The translations under genes were made by a program, and so were the position numbers. The notes beneath the pieces were generated by a model, which saw only the letters and a list, made by a program, of their open reading frames with translations, searched no databases and was not told the origin of the DNA. From positions 1 to 64,000 of the IMG/VR virus record IMGVR_UViG_3300032269_001670: DNA of 64,000 nucleotides; one strand, 5' to 3'. Of the stretch, positions 15,876 to 23,528 are shown one piece after another. The stretch's first letter is position 1. Each line of letters opens with the position of its first letter. Source of the DNA: a virus. Lineage: Duplodnaviria; Caudoviricetes.

Positions 15876-16385
15876 CTACTTCTTGGCGAGCATCCCCTCA
15901 ATGCGCTCGGTCATCTTGCGCTCCTGATCCAGCAGGAACCACGGCTCCACAATCGCGGAGTGCGTATAGGTGCGCTGGCCTGAGAGCCGGAACATCTTGC
16001 CGCCAACGAACTCCCACTTCCAGAAGTCGCCGTCCTCGCCCTGCCACTCGTAGTCGCCATCCTCAATGAACGGCGCAGCAGCCGCGAAAAACACTTCTTC
16101 CTGACCAATCTTGTTCTCGTAGCAGGTGATCACGAGATCGCCATTGCTATCGTCAATGATCGTCTCAAAGCCGAGCGCAACGAATACGGCCTGTGTATCA
16201 GGGAGCGTTCGCAAGTCCTGTGGCATCCACGAGAACCACGAAGAAGTCCTTTCCCCGCCGCCGTATGATCCGCCACGCTTCGCGTTATCCGGAGCTTCTT
16301 GAAGCGCCATCATTGCCTCATACGCCTTGCCAAGATTTTCCGCCTTGATACGAAGGCTTCCGTTTCCTGAAATGTAGTATCCCAT
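15876..16385 (-). CDS. hypothetical protein
   Basis: 169 aa from ATG at 16385; RBS GAAGGAGTAGGA. Confidence 0.75.
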   Translation of the reverse strand: MGYYISGNGSLRIKAENLGKAYEAMMALQEAPDNAKRGGSYGGGERTSSWFSWMPQDLRTLPDTQAVFVALGFETIIDDSNGDLVITCYENKIGQEEVFFAAAAPFIEDGDYEWQGEDGDFWKWEFVGGKMFRLSGQRTYTHSAIVEPWFLLDQERKMTERIEGMLAKK

Positions 16386-16429
16386 TGTCCTACTCCTTCC
16401 TACTTCCTCACGGCAAGTGCCGCAGAGCA

Positions 16430-16458
16430 ATACTAATCTAGTGCGTTGTATCGGTCAA
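16430..16458 (-). promoter_or_regulatory. sigma70-type promoter
   Basis: TTGACC-N17-TAGTAT. Confidence 0.75.
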
Positions 16459-16702
16459 GTACGCGAATCCAATGGTCGGTGCGGGTGTGCCGGTCAATGA
16501 GCGTGTACTTGATGCCAAGCTCCCCAAGAGAGCGCACGAGCAATGATGCGTCAGCATCCTCCTCCAAGAACAGGCGGTCGTCCTTCTGGTACGAGTACGA
16601 ACTGATAAGCCCCTGAATGCCGAGCATCTCTACAAGCTCGCGCTTCACCTCGAGCCATCCGTGCGATGGGTCGTGGTGATAAGTGATAACCAAGTCCTCC
16701 AT
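16433..16702 (-). CDS. conserved-looking hypothetical protein
   Basis: HDPSHGWLEV...ISSYSY...FLEEDADA; RBS TAGGAGG. Confidence 0.75.
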   Translation of the reverse strand: MEDLVITYHHDPSHGWLEVKRELVEMLGIQGLISSYSYQKDDRLFLEEDADASLLVRSLGELGIKYTLIDRHTRTDHWIRVLDRYNALD

Positions 16703-16775
16703 AGAACCTCCTACCGGCTCGTAAGCCGCAATACATACACGGTCAGAAGCCCGACCAGCAACCAGAATAGCACGA

Positions 16776-17219
16776 TCACAATACTTCGCAACCCTTCAGG
16801 TCGGAGCAGATGTGAAGGTATTCCTGCCAATGGCGAACTTCCTCAATCCACCCCTGAACCTCACCATCCTTGTCGATAAGAAACTGCGCTCCGTCGTATT
16901 CCTTCATAGCCTCAATCACCGCCGCGCGAATCTCAAGGTCATCCTTCTTGGCAAGAATCTCCCAAGCATCAAAGCACTCCCAATCACGGATGACCGTACC
17001 GGAGTTATCCCACAAGGCCTCATTGAGAAAGGCCACGCCAAGAAGCTCGTTGAGCTTGCGAAGGATACCCATACCGCCAATGTTCATCCGGTAATAGGCC
17101 GTGTTGCGCCAATAGTCCGGAGCTTCGTCGTTGTCGCCAAAAATCCACGGCGTTGCCTTCTTAGCAAACGCTAGCGACTTCTCCCTGTCCTCGCGCATAG
17201 AGTAAATGTCGTAGCCCAT
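16776..17219 (-). CDS. hypothetical protein
   Basis: 147 aa; MGYDIY...AYYRMNIGGM; RBS TAGGAGG. Confidence 0.75.
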   Translation of the reverse strand: MGYDIYSMREDREKSLAFAKKATPWIFGDNDEAPDYWRNTAYYRMNIGGMGILRKLNELLGVAFLNEALWDNSGTVIRDWECFDAWEILAKKDDLEIRAAVIEAMKEYDGAQFLIDKDGEVQGWIEEVRHWQEYLHICSDLKGCEVL

Positions 17220-17261
17220 ACTTCCTCCTACAACTTCCTACCGGAAAGCTCCGGCAGAGCG

Positions 17262-17291
17262 AGCATACACCCTCCCTACCGGAGTCGTCAA
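17262..17291 (-). promoter_or_regulatory. sigma70-type promoter
   Basis: TTGACG-N18-TATGCT. Confidence 0.75.
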
Positions 17292-17295
17292 GCAC

Positions 17296-17553
17296 CTACG
17301 CGCGCACCTTGCTGGCCTCGTACCGAGTGGACATCGCAAGCTTCTGTTCGTCTGACCAAGGCGGAACCTGATAGTCAAGCGGTTTGCGTGATTCCTCGTA
17401 CGCCCAGTCAATCCATCCTGAAAGCTCCACGAGATCGCGGTTCTCCCTGATGTATCGACGGATGCGCTTGCTGTATGCCGTATGACGCTCTAATGCCTTG
17501 CGGAACCGGACATACGCCCGGTAATCGTCCTCGGTATACAGCTGATCACTCAC
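17296..17553 (-). CDS. hypothetical protein
   Basis: 85 aa; GTG start overlaps upstream stop. Confidence 0.6.
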   Translation of the reverse strand: MSDQLYTEDDYRAYVRFRKALERHTAYSKRIRRYIRENRDLVELSGWIDWAYEESRKPLDYQVPPWSDEQKLAMSTRYEASKVRA

Positions 17554-18002
17554 TTCACTGACCTCCGTACCGGCTGAACTCCGGCCCGACGAAGCACGGT
17601 GTTGATGTATTGCGCGCTGACATCGTAGCTCTTGCCGATGAGCACAAGACGCTCACCGGCGCGATACCGGGTGACGACATCCTGTACGGCATCAGTAGTG
17701 AACTTCGTGCGCTTGCTCGTCGAAAGGCCAGCCGTAAAGAGTGCGTTCCTGATCGTGCTAGTCGAGCAGTTGAACTTCTTTGTGGCCTCAGTAAGTGTTG
17801 GCGAGTGTTCGCGGTAATACGACACGATCTCGTCGTAGTCATACTTGCGAAGCCGCGTGCTATTCAGAATCGGCGGACGATTGACGCCCATCTTTGCGAC
17901 GATCTGCTGAACCCGCTGTCGGGTGATGCCGTACTTTTCCGCGACGGACTGGAGTGTCATGCCACTAAGGTAATCAGTGGCAATGAGATTATTTCGTTCC
18001 AT
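17550..18002 (-). CDS. multi-HTH DNA-binding protein
   Basis: Three HTH-like repeats: TLQSVAEKYGITRQRVQQIV, TLTEATKKFNCSTSTIRNAL, RLVLIGKSYDVSAQYINTVL. Confidence 0.75.
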   Translation of the reverse strand: MERNNLIATDYLSGMTLQSVAEKYGITRQRVQQIVAKMGVNRPPILNSTRLRKYDYDEIVSYYREHSPTLTEATKKFNCSTSTIRNALFTAGLSTSKRTKFTTDAVQDVVTRYRAGERLVLIGKSYDVSAQYINTVLRRAGVQPVRRSVK

Positions 18003-18130
18003 TGCTCTCTCCTGTGAACAATACTGGGAGACGCCCAGCTCGTACGATAACTCTACTGACAGATGTACCATGTCAATCGGTAGAACCTATCGCTATTTCC
18101 TCTTGGGGTGCGGGGTTAGACAATCCGGGA

Positions 18131-18385
18131 ATGACATACTTTGTCGTGTATAAGCCCGGAAAACCTGATACTTGGCACATCACCTCGAGTGCCGGGTTCT
18201 ACGACGTTGCCACTACGCCAACCGAGGCCCTACAAATGATTAGCTCTGACGCTGAGAAACAGCAACCCGGCAACGACGACATTGAGTTTGCCGTCCGGTG
18301 GATCAACACCCCAGATGGATTCCTGGCTCCTGGGGAGGATGATCTTTCGGTGGATCTTCCGGCGGAGTCTTCTCTCCCAAACTAG
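18131..18385 (+). CDS. hypothetical protein, opposite strand to the array
   Basis: 84 aa from ATG at 18131; weak RBS. Confidence 0.4.
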   Translation: MTYFVVYKPGKPDTWHITSSAGFYDVATTPTEALQMISSDAEKQQPGNDDIEFAVRWINTPDGFLAPGEDDLSVDLPAESSLPN

Positions 18386-18433
18386 TGAGTTTTAGAATCC
18401 ATCCTATGAATGCTATGGCGTAGAGCGTTTCGA

Positions 18434-18784
18434 TCACGCCAAGATACCCTCTTGATCCGCACTCTGGCGAAGGTGGTCCATGTATTCCTTCGCTGGCTCG
18501 TCGTACGAAAAGATGCTGACGTTTGCGCCGCGCATCCCCTCAATCCACCCAACAACAACCTGTCCGTGTCGCTCATGGCTGACGAACGGCTCGCCCTGAA
18601 GGGCGATGTACAGGGTGTCATCCGCAAGGTTATCCGAAGCTCCGGCAAGAGCCTCATACAAGGCCGTCCTACCGAACACCCCATCCACCTGCGGGTAGAT
18701 GTCGGAGTAGACAAACTCCTCGCCTGCTCCAACAATCTCGTCAATGGTGTTGCCGTCAATGTACGCGCTGTATACCGGCTTCAT
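18434..18784 (-). CDS. hypothetical protein
   Basis: 116 aa; RBS GTAGTAGGAGG. Confidence 0.7.
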   Translation of the reverse strand: MKPVYSAYIDGNTIDEIVGAGEEFVYSDIYPQVDGVFGRTALYEALAGASDNLADDTLYIALQGEPFVSHERHGQVVVGWIEGMRGANVSIFSYDEPAKEYMDHLRQSADQEGILA

Positions 18785-18786
18785 AC

Positions 18787-19584
18787 TCAACCTCCTACTA
18801 CGCCGCCAAAGTTCTCATCGCAGAACGACTCGAAGGCGGTCATTGGAATCGTATCATAGTCGCGCTCGTAGCTACGCGAGCCATCCTCCTCCTTGTACCA
18901 CGCCTCGTCTGGGAGAGAGTCGTGCTCGCTGCTGTATTCCTGCCGTGAGATTTCGTTGCCCGAGTGATACATCACCTCACCCGCAAAGCCCATACCCGCC
19001 TCACAATAGCGATGCGAAATGGTCAGCGTCGGGAACAGCCCAGAGAGCTCGTGAGCCACAGGCTCCGCAGGACTCCACGCCGTCTCAAAGTTATACGAGG
19101 TGCGACCATCAGTAGCAAGGTCGTCGGCGCGGTCGTTCCACACCTCACCGCAGTTCCACTTCGTCCCCCAGTTGGCAACATTCCAGTTGTACCACCAGTC
19201 GGGGTGCGACGAAATCTCGCCGAGCTTGTGCGTCGGGCAGACCGATGAACCGCCGAATCCGGCAGCAACAAAGTCCTTGATCGTGCCGTTGTCGAGCACT
19301 TCCTTCTCAATGAGTAAGCCGTTCACTTCCCAATGGCCTTCAGCCTTCTCGAAGCCGTCCTCGCCCCACTCGCCGACCTGCGGCTTCGTCTCAACCCAAA
19401 CCTTCTGACAGCCGCACTGGAAGTCATTCTGCGTCTCTGCCGCAGCATAGATAGGGCTATCCGGTGGCGGCACAATCTTGGCAAAGTCGAAGTCGCCGTT
19501 CTCTCCCTTTACTAACGCAATGAGCCGGACGATCTCTGCCTCATCGCCCGTGATGTCCAGTTGATTTACGCACCAGTTTGGCAT
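18787..19584 (-). CDS. YubB/DUF1281 ferredoxin-like domain protein
   Basis: MPNWC.N.L.ITG, FDFAKIVP.P, WY.WNVANWGTKWN, FETAWSP, YCEAGMGFAG. Confidence 0.8.
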   Translation of the reverse strand: MPNWCVNQLDITGDEAEIVRLIALVKGENGDFDFAKIVPPPDSPIYAAAETQNDFQCGCQKVWVETKPQVGEWGEDGFEKAEGHWEVNGLLIEKEVLDNGTIKDFVAAGFGGSSVCPTHKLGEISSHPDWWYNWNVANWGTKWNCGEVWNDRADDLATDGRTSYNFETAWSPAEPVAHELSGLFPTLTISHRYCEAGMGFAGEVMYHSGNEISRQEYSSEHDSLPDEAWYKEEDGSRSYERDYDTIPMTAFESFCDENFGGVVGG

Positions 19585-19624
19585 ACTTTCTCCTACACTT
19601 CCTTACTCCAAGTGGAGTGGTACT

Positions 19625-19653
19625 ACCTTATCGTCTATGTGCTTGCGTGTCAA
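19625..19653 (-). promoter_or_regulatory. sigma70-type promoter
   Basis: TTGACA-N17-TAAGGT. Confidence 0.8.
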
Positions 19654-19934
19654 GCGTGCCGGTGGGCCTCTACAAAATCGCAGCCTGGCAAGAAGCACCA
19701 CCCCTCATCACGAGCTTGCTTGTCCGACATAAATGGCGGATGGAATTCACACTCACACGGAGCGCAGTCCAAGCAGTAGACGAGATAGCCGTCTGGCACA
19801 CTTCCCTCATACAGCTCGAAGTCAAGCACATCGAAGCGCGTGTACGGCATACCATTCCAAGTGCCGATGACCTTCTCGTCGGCGTAGAACACCATGTCTC
19901 CGCACGCAATACACTTATCCATCTGGCCGCTCAT
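19650..19934 (-). CDS. Cys-rich hypothetical protein
   Basis: 94 aa; CIAC, CLDCAPCEC. Confidence 0.6.
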   Translation of the reverse strand: MSGQMDKCIACGDMVFYADEKVIGTWNGMPYTRFDVLDFELYEGSVPDGYLVYCLDCAPCECEFHPPFMSDKQARDEGWCFLPGCDFVEAHRHA

Positions 19935-20476
19935 GATGCCACCTGCGCGTAGCGAATCATCGCGTCGGCTTCGGCATCTGCCTGATCGTAGCCAATGATG
20001 CCGCCCAACGACTCAACAATCTCCCAAGTGTTCTCGTGCGAATCAACGCCGCAGCTCACTGACTTCTCCAAGATGACGCAATAGACTTCACCGCGAAGCA
20101 CGGAGTCTACGACGCTAATCTCGGACTCGGCCTTCGCCGCAAGCTCCTCCTCGGTATACGAATCACCGAGCCAGAACTTCGCCTGATCCTTCTCAATCAC
20201 ATAGAAGCCAATCTGCGCGGAGTCCCACTTATCGGTGAACGGCGTAAGGCTGATGCTCATGCCGGAGTGCGAGAAGCCGTAGACCTTGTGAACATACACC
20301 GCATCTGCCGGTGGCGTGAAGGTGGCGACATTTTCGTCATCCACCGAAAGCTTGACATCCCACGGGAAGCCGTAGTTCGCGGCCTTCTCGCCGGTATAGA
20401 ACTGACCTGCGCGGTCGCCAAGGACATCGTAGCCGTCGGCTGTGTCCTGCTCAATCCTCGTCCTGTACTTATCCAT
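19931..20476 (-). CDS. hypothetical protein
   Basis: 181 aa; HSG.SIS..PF.DKWDS.QIGF; RBS TAGGAGG. Confidence 0.75.
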   Translation of the reverse strand: MDKYRTRIEQDTADGYDVLGDRAGQFYTGEKAANYGFPWDVKLSVDDENVATFTPPADAVYVHKVYGFSHSGMSISLTPFTDKWDSAQIGFYVIEKDQAKFWLGDSYTEEELAAKAESEISVVDSVLRGEVYCVILEKSVSCGVDSHENTWEIVESLGGIIGYDQADAEADAMIRYAQVAS

Positions 20477-20515
20477 ACTGCCTCCTACAACAATACGGCA
20501 ACTGCCGTGCTAACG

Positions 20516-20544
20516 ATACTAATGTGTCGGTATTGTCCTGTCAA
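20516..20544 (-). promoter_or_regulatory. sigma70-type promoter
   Basis: TTGACA-N17-TAGTAT. Confidence 0.8.
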
Positions 20545-20814
20545 CTACCTATCGGCGACCTGAAAGATGAGACGACCGCCACCATTCATCTCGTCGTCCG
20601 CCGAGACAATCACCTCGAACTTGTCGCCGTGAATGTCCTCAATAATAAAAACCGGGAATGGTGGGAAATAATCGTCGCCTTCCTCAACCCGGCCACCAAT
20701 AATCCGCGCGCCGCGCAGCGGCTCAAGCATCTCACTGATGATGTAATGAACTTCCCGATCCTCTGGCAGAAGCTTCTCGCGCTCCTTCACCAGTGCGTCA
20801 TGATCGACTGCCAT
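20545..20814 (-). CDS. hypothetical protein
   Basis: 89 aa; RBS TAGGAGG. Confidence 0.7.
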   Translation of the reverse strand: MAVDHDALVKEREKLLPEDREVHYIISEMLEPLRGARIIGGRVEEGDDYFPPFPVFIIEDIHGDKFEVIVSADDEMNGGGRLIFQVADR

Positions 20815-20823
20815 AATTTCCTC

Positions 20824-21012
20824 CTACTGCTGTGCTACCGGCACAACGATCTCGTCCTCGGGTGAGAACTGATCGACCGGAGCGAGTTCTGCGGTATACA
20901 CTACCTCGACGCCATACGGCGTGTCAAGTAGGGTAGGCCAATCCCAGTTTGCCGGATGATCTGCGCGCTCGTCCACTTCGATAGACAAGCTCACCAAGTA
21001 TGTTCGCGCCAT
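20824..21012 (-). CDS. hypothetical protein
   Basis: 62 aa; RBS TAGGAGG. Confidence 0.7.
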   Translation of the reverse strand: MARTYLVSLSIEVDERADHPANWDWPTLLDTPYGVEVVYTAELAPVDQFSPEDEIVVPVAQQ

Positions 21013-21045
21013 AACTTCCTCCTACACTACACGGCAACTGCCGTA

Positions 21046-21246
21046 CTACTGAGTATCTTCTTCTGGTGTCATCCTGTCAAGTACAAAGGCAAACCGAAAG
21101 GGCGTCTTGCTCCTGGGCTTGTGGGCGGCCTTACACTCCTCGCATACCCACGCGCCGTTCGGGTCTGGTACAAGTGTGTGCCTGATGTTATTCGGGCAGG
21201 TTGGCCACTTGCCTGACTCCCACGAGCTAGTTCGTTTCCGGCTCAT
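21046..21246 (-). CDS. small zinc-ribbon-like protein
   Basis: 66 aa; CPN...CEEC. Confidence 0.5.
   Translation of the reverse strand: MSRKRTSSWESGKWPTCPNNIRHTLVPDPNGAWVCEECKAAHKPRSKTPFRFAFVLDRMTPEEDTQ
21052..21080 (-). promoter_or_regulatory. sigma70-type promoter
   Basis: TTGACA-N17-GATACT. Confidence 0.65.
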
Positions 21247-21457
21247 CGCCTAACTCCTCCAAGATTGAATCGATCATCCGGTCGCCGGCCTCCTGCGCTT
21301 CGGCGGCAATCTCCTGATACGAGCTGTCGATGAAGTGCTCACACTCCTCGGCTGACCAGTGTGGACGCCGACGCTGGATGTCATCTGCCGTCCACTTGAC
21401 CGTAATCGAAATAATCTGAAAGTTCTCCCGGATCTCCTGTTCGCTCATCTCACTCAT
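21227..21457 (-). CDS. hypothetical protein
   Basis: 76 aa; DIQRRRPHWSAEECEHF. Confidence 0.65.
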   Translation of the reverse strand: MSEMSEQEIRENFQIISITVKWTADDIQRRRPHWSAEECEHFIDSSYQEIAAEAQEAGDRMIDSILEELGDEPETN

Positions 21458-21719
21458 TCACAACCACCAGACGGCAGTTGTCGAAGCCACGGGAGCACAT
21501 CCCCGGCTCGTGCTTGTACGGCTCGCTAATAGCTGCCCCACAAGAAAGGCACCACTCCCCGCAGGGGCAGAAGTCATCTGACGCAAAGATGGGGAACGGG
21601 GGATTACCCTCCGAATCCACGGCCGATGAATCAAGCTCCTCCCCAAACCGGGACTGAGCACACGGAACGCAGTGAACGGCTGCATCGTACTGATACGCCT
21701 GAACTGCCCACGCCTTCAT
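21450..21719 (-). CDS. Cys-rich hypothetical protein
   Basis: 89 aa from ATG at 21719; AYQYDAAVHCVPC, CPCGEWCLSC. Confidence 0.65.
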   Translation of the reverse strand: MKAWAVQAYQYDAAVHCVPCAQSRFGEELDSSAVDSEGNPPFPIFASDDFCPCGEWCLSCGAAISEPYKHEPGMCSRGFDNCRLVVVNE

Positions 21720-21776
21720 TAGAAGAACGCTCCGCAGACGATAAAGAAGATGACCCAAAACCACACGCTATTCATA
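21720..21776 (-). CDS. putative 18-aa hydrophobic peptide
   Basis: MNSVWFWVIFFIVCGAFF, with RBS TTAGGAGGG and a 5' hairpin. Confidence 0.45.
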
Positions 21777-21852
21777 CACCCTCCTAACTACTGCGCCAAC
21801 TCGCACACAATACAAAAAATCAACCAAAACAGCACAAACTCCAAGCACCCTC

Positions 21853-22173
21853 CTATGGCTGCTGAATCGTAGATTCGCAGTATACCAGACCATACGATTC
21901 GGGGTCGTGGCCAATGCGGGTCTCAAGCTTCAGGGCCGGCATCTCTACCTTCCTAATGCTCTCGCCACAGTCATGGCACCTGATCTCGGTAATGTCTGGG
22001 TAGCTATACTCCTCCGGGTTTGACTGAACGGCAATCTGCGCTCGCTCACCTTCGCCGATGATAGAGCAGACAACCTCGAGCAGTCCATAGAAGTAGATGC
22101 CATCCCACCATTCATTCGACGCCCGGGACTTCCCGGAGCACCCCTTATGGAGATAGGTCTTAAACGTGCTCAT
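21853..22173 (-). CDS. hypothetical protein
   Basis: 106 aa; CHDC; start overlaps upstream stop. Confidence 0.6.
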   Translation of the reverse strand: MSTFKTYLHKGCSGKSRASNEWWDGIYFYGLLEVVCSIIGEGERAQIAVQSNPEEYSYPDITEIRCHDCGESIRKVEMPALKLETRIGHDPESYGLVYCESTIQQP

Positions 22174-22421
22174 GAGGCCTTCTCAAGCTTGTGCGCCTTA
22201 TCGGTCGCGTCCATACCGACACCGGTAAGCCGCTGCACCTCGGGGCCATCGCCTTCTGCCTGATAGATCCTGAGCGCATCCCCATAGGCAATACACGCAT
22301 CAAGGTAGCTCCGCATCGCCTCTGGATTCTGGGTCTGCTGTGCCTGCATAAACGCATAGGCACCCCGAGCTGCTAAGAACCCTGTGAGCATTCCGTTCTC
22401 GTACTTTTGGCCTGTCGCCAT
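22170..22421 (-). CDS. hypothetical protein
   Basis: 83 aa from ATG at 22421; RBS GTAGTAGGAGG. Confidence 0.65.
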   Translation of the reverse strand: MATGQKYENGMLTGFLAARGAYAFMQAQQTQNPEAMRSYLDACIAYGDALRIYQAEGDGPEVQRLTGVGMDATDKAHKLEKAS

Positions 22422-22571
22422 ACCGGTACCTCCTACTACACACCCCAAATAGGGCAGTACCACCATAGGGGATAGAGAGCCAGCCGTCAAACCCAGCGAT
22501 GGTTAAGGTTTCTTTATCTTGGCTAAGGACGCTCTGCCTGGGGTGCGGGGTGCCGGATAGTAAAGATTCCT

Positions 22572-22712
22572 GAATAACTTCTGAATAATTCCTGAATAAC
22601 CCTGGAATAACCCCGGAATAACTGGAGCTGGTGGAATAACTTGTGCGGAAAATGGCTGGAATAACCTTAGATATGGTAGTTGTGAAGAGGGGCATAAACG
22701 GCCTGGAATAAC
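22572..22712 (+). repeat. GAATAAC direct-repeat array with 11-bp period
   Basis: GAATAA(C) at 22572, 22583, 22594, 22605, 22616, then 22634, 22659, 22706; one more at 22821. Confidence 0.9.
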
Positions 22713-23110
22713 AGCCCACCGTGGCAACCACCCAAATCCACCAGCCAAATATCATCTTCCTGTTCCAGACACCAAACCACCACCCACACGCCACAACCTC
22801 AAACAAACGACCAACCCAGGGAATAACTGGTCATAGCGCAGACAGGAGAACACAGTCCCCAGTACAGGAAGAGTCAGCCATGAATGAAGGCGTTCTTCCC
22901 TACTACGTTCTCTTAGTCGTTCTCTATCCCTATGGAGCTTGTACGGCGCCTGCCTCACGGCACCGTGACCCTCGCCTCACGGCTCAACCGCCTTCGGCGT
23001 TTTCGGGCCGAGCCCGAGGCTCACTGGCGTAGAAGTCCTCAGTGCCAAAATGTAATAACCGCATGGTAAAGTAATCGACCGGAGGGAGACAAACAGCGCT
23101 GACCTGAAAT

Positions 23111-23140
23111 TTGACAGACAAATATCAGGCCTGCTAGGCT
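23111..23140 (+). promoter_or_regulatory. sigma70-type promoter
   Basis: TTGACA-N18-TAGGCT. Confidence 0.75.
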
Positions 23141-23146
23141 CCTCTT

Positions 23147-23300
23147 GGCACCACCGGGGAACACCTATCAACCGGGAAAAGAAGAGTAAGCGAAAGCTTC
23201 AGTGAATCCTTCTGCTTTCGGAAGTAAGGCGGTTCGCCATAACCCGGTGGTGTCATCTATGCCGGTTGAGGAGGGACTCCTACCCCGCCTCCCGGCACCA
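23147..23300 (+). ncRNA. candidate structured 5' leader or small RNA
   Basis: 12-bp helix 23147-23158 with 23243-23254 closing a multi-hairpin domain, then a second long hairpin before the RBS. Confidence 0.5.
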
Positions 23301-23315
23301 TAGTAGGAGGTTAAA

Positions 23316-23528
23316 ATGAAAACACGAAACCTTAGGAAGCAGGCACGCAAGGCCGCCAAGATGCGCGGCCACCAGCTTGGAAAGTTCACCCACCTCATCG
23401 GCACCGGGTGGAACGCGCATAGCACCGCGATCTGCACCAAGTGCGGCGTCGATGTTGCCGTCTATCCCGACCCTGCCCCAAACGGCATTGACATTGCTGG
23501 TGAGGCCGTAGCCCTAGGCTGCCGCTAA
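23316..23528 (+). CDS. small basic protein with CxxC
   Basis: 70 aa; RBS TAGTAGGAGG. Confidence 0.7.
   Translation: MKTRNLRKQARKAAKMRGHQLGKFTHLIGTGWNAHSTAICTKCGVDVAVYPDPAPNGIDIAGEAVALGCR

Larger units (their letters stand above)
5290..22720 (-). other. array of self-contained small-gene expression cassettes with G-tract and TGA-microsatellite spacers
   Basis: 18 sigma70-type promoters, at least 11 intrinsic terminators and recurring spacer motifs, all serving minus-strand ORFs. Confidence 0.85.

Noticed and set aside
5493-22200. Many + strand ORFs overlapping the array (e.g. 6028-6720, 9408-9953, 10125-10913)
   Set aside because: Antisense shadows of GC-rich minus-strand genes, with no RBS or promoter and Arg/Pro/Leu-skewed composition.
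22752-23171. Short ORFs in the strand-switch gap
   Set aside because: Weak or absent RBS, overlapping conflicting frames, no recognisable motif.
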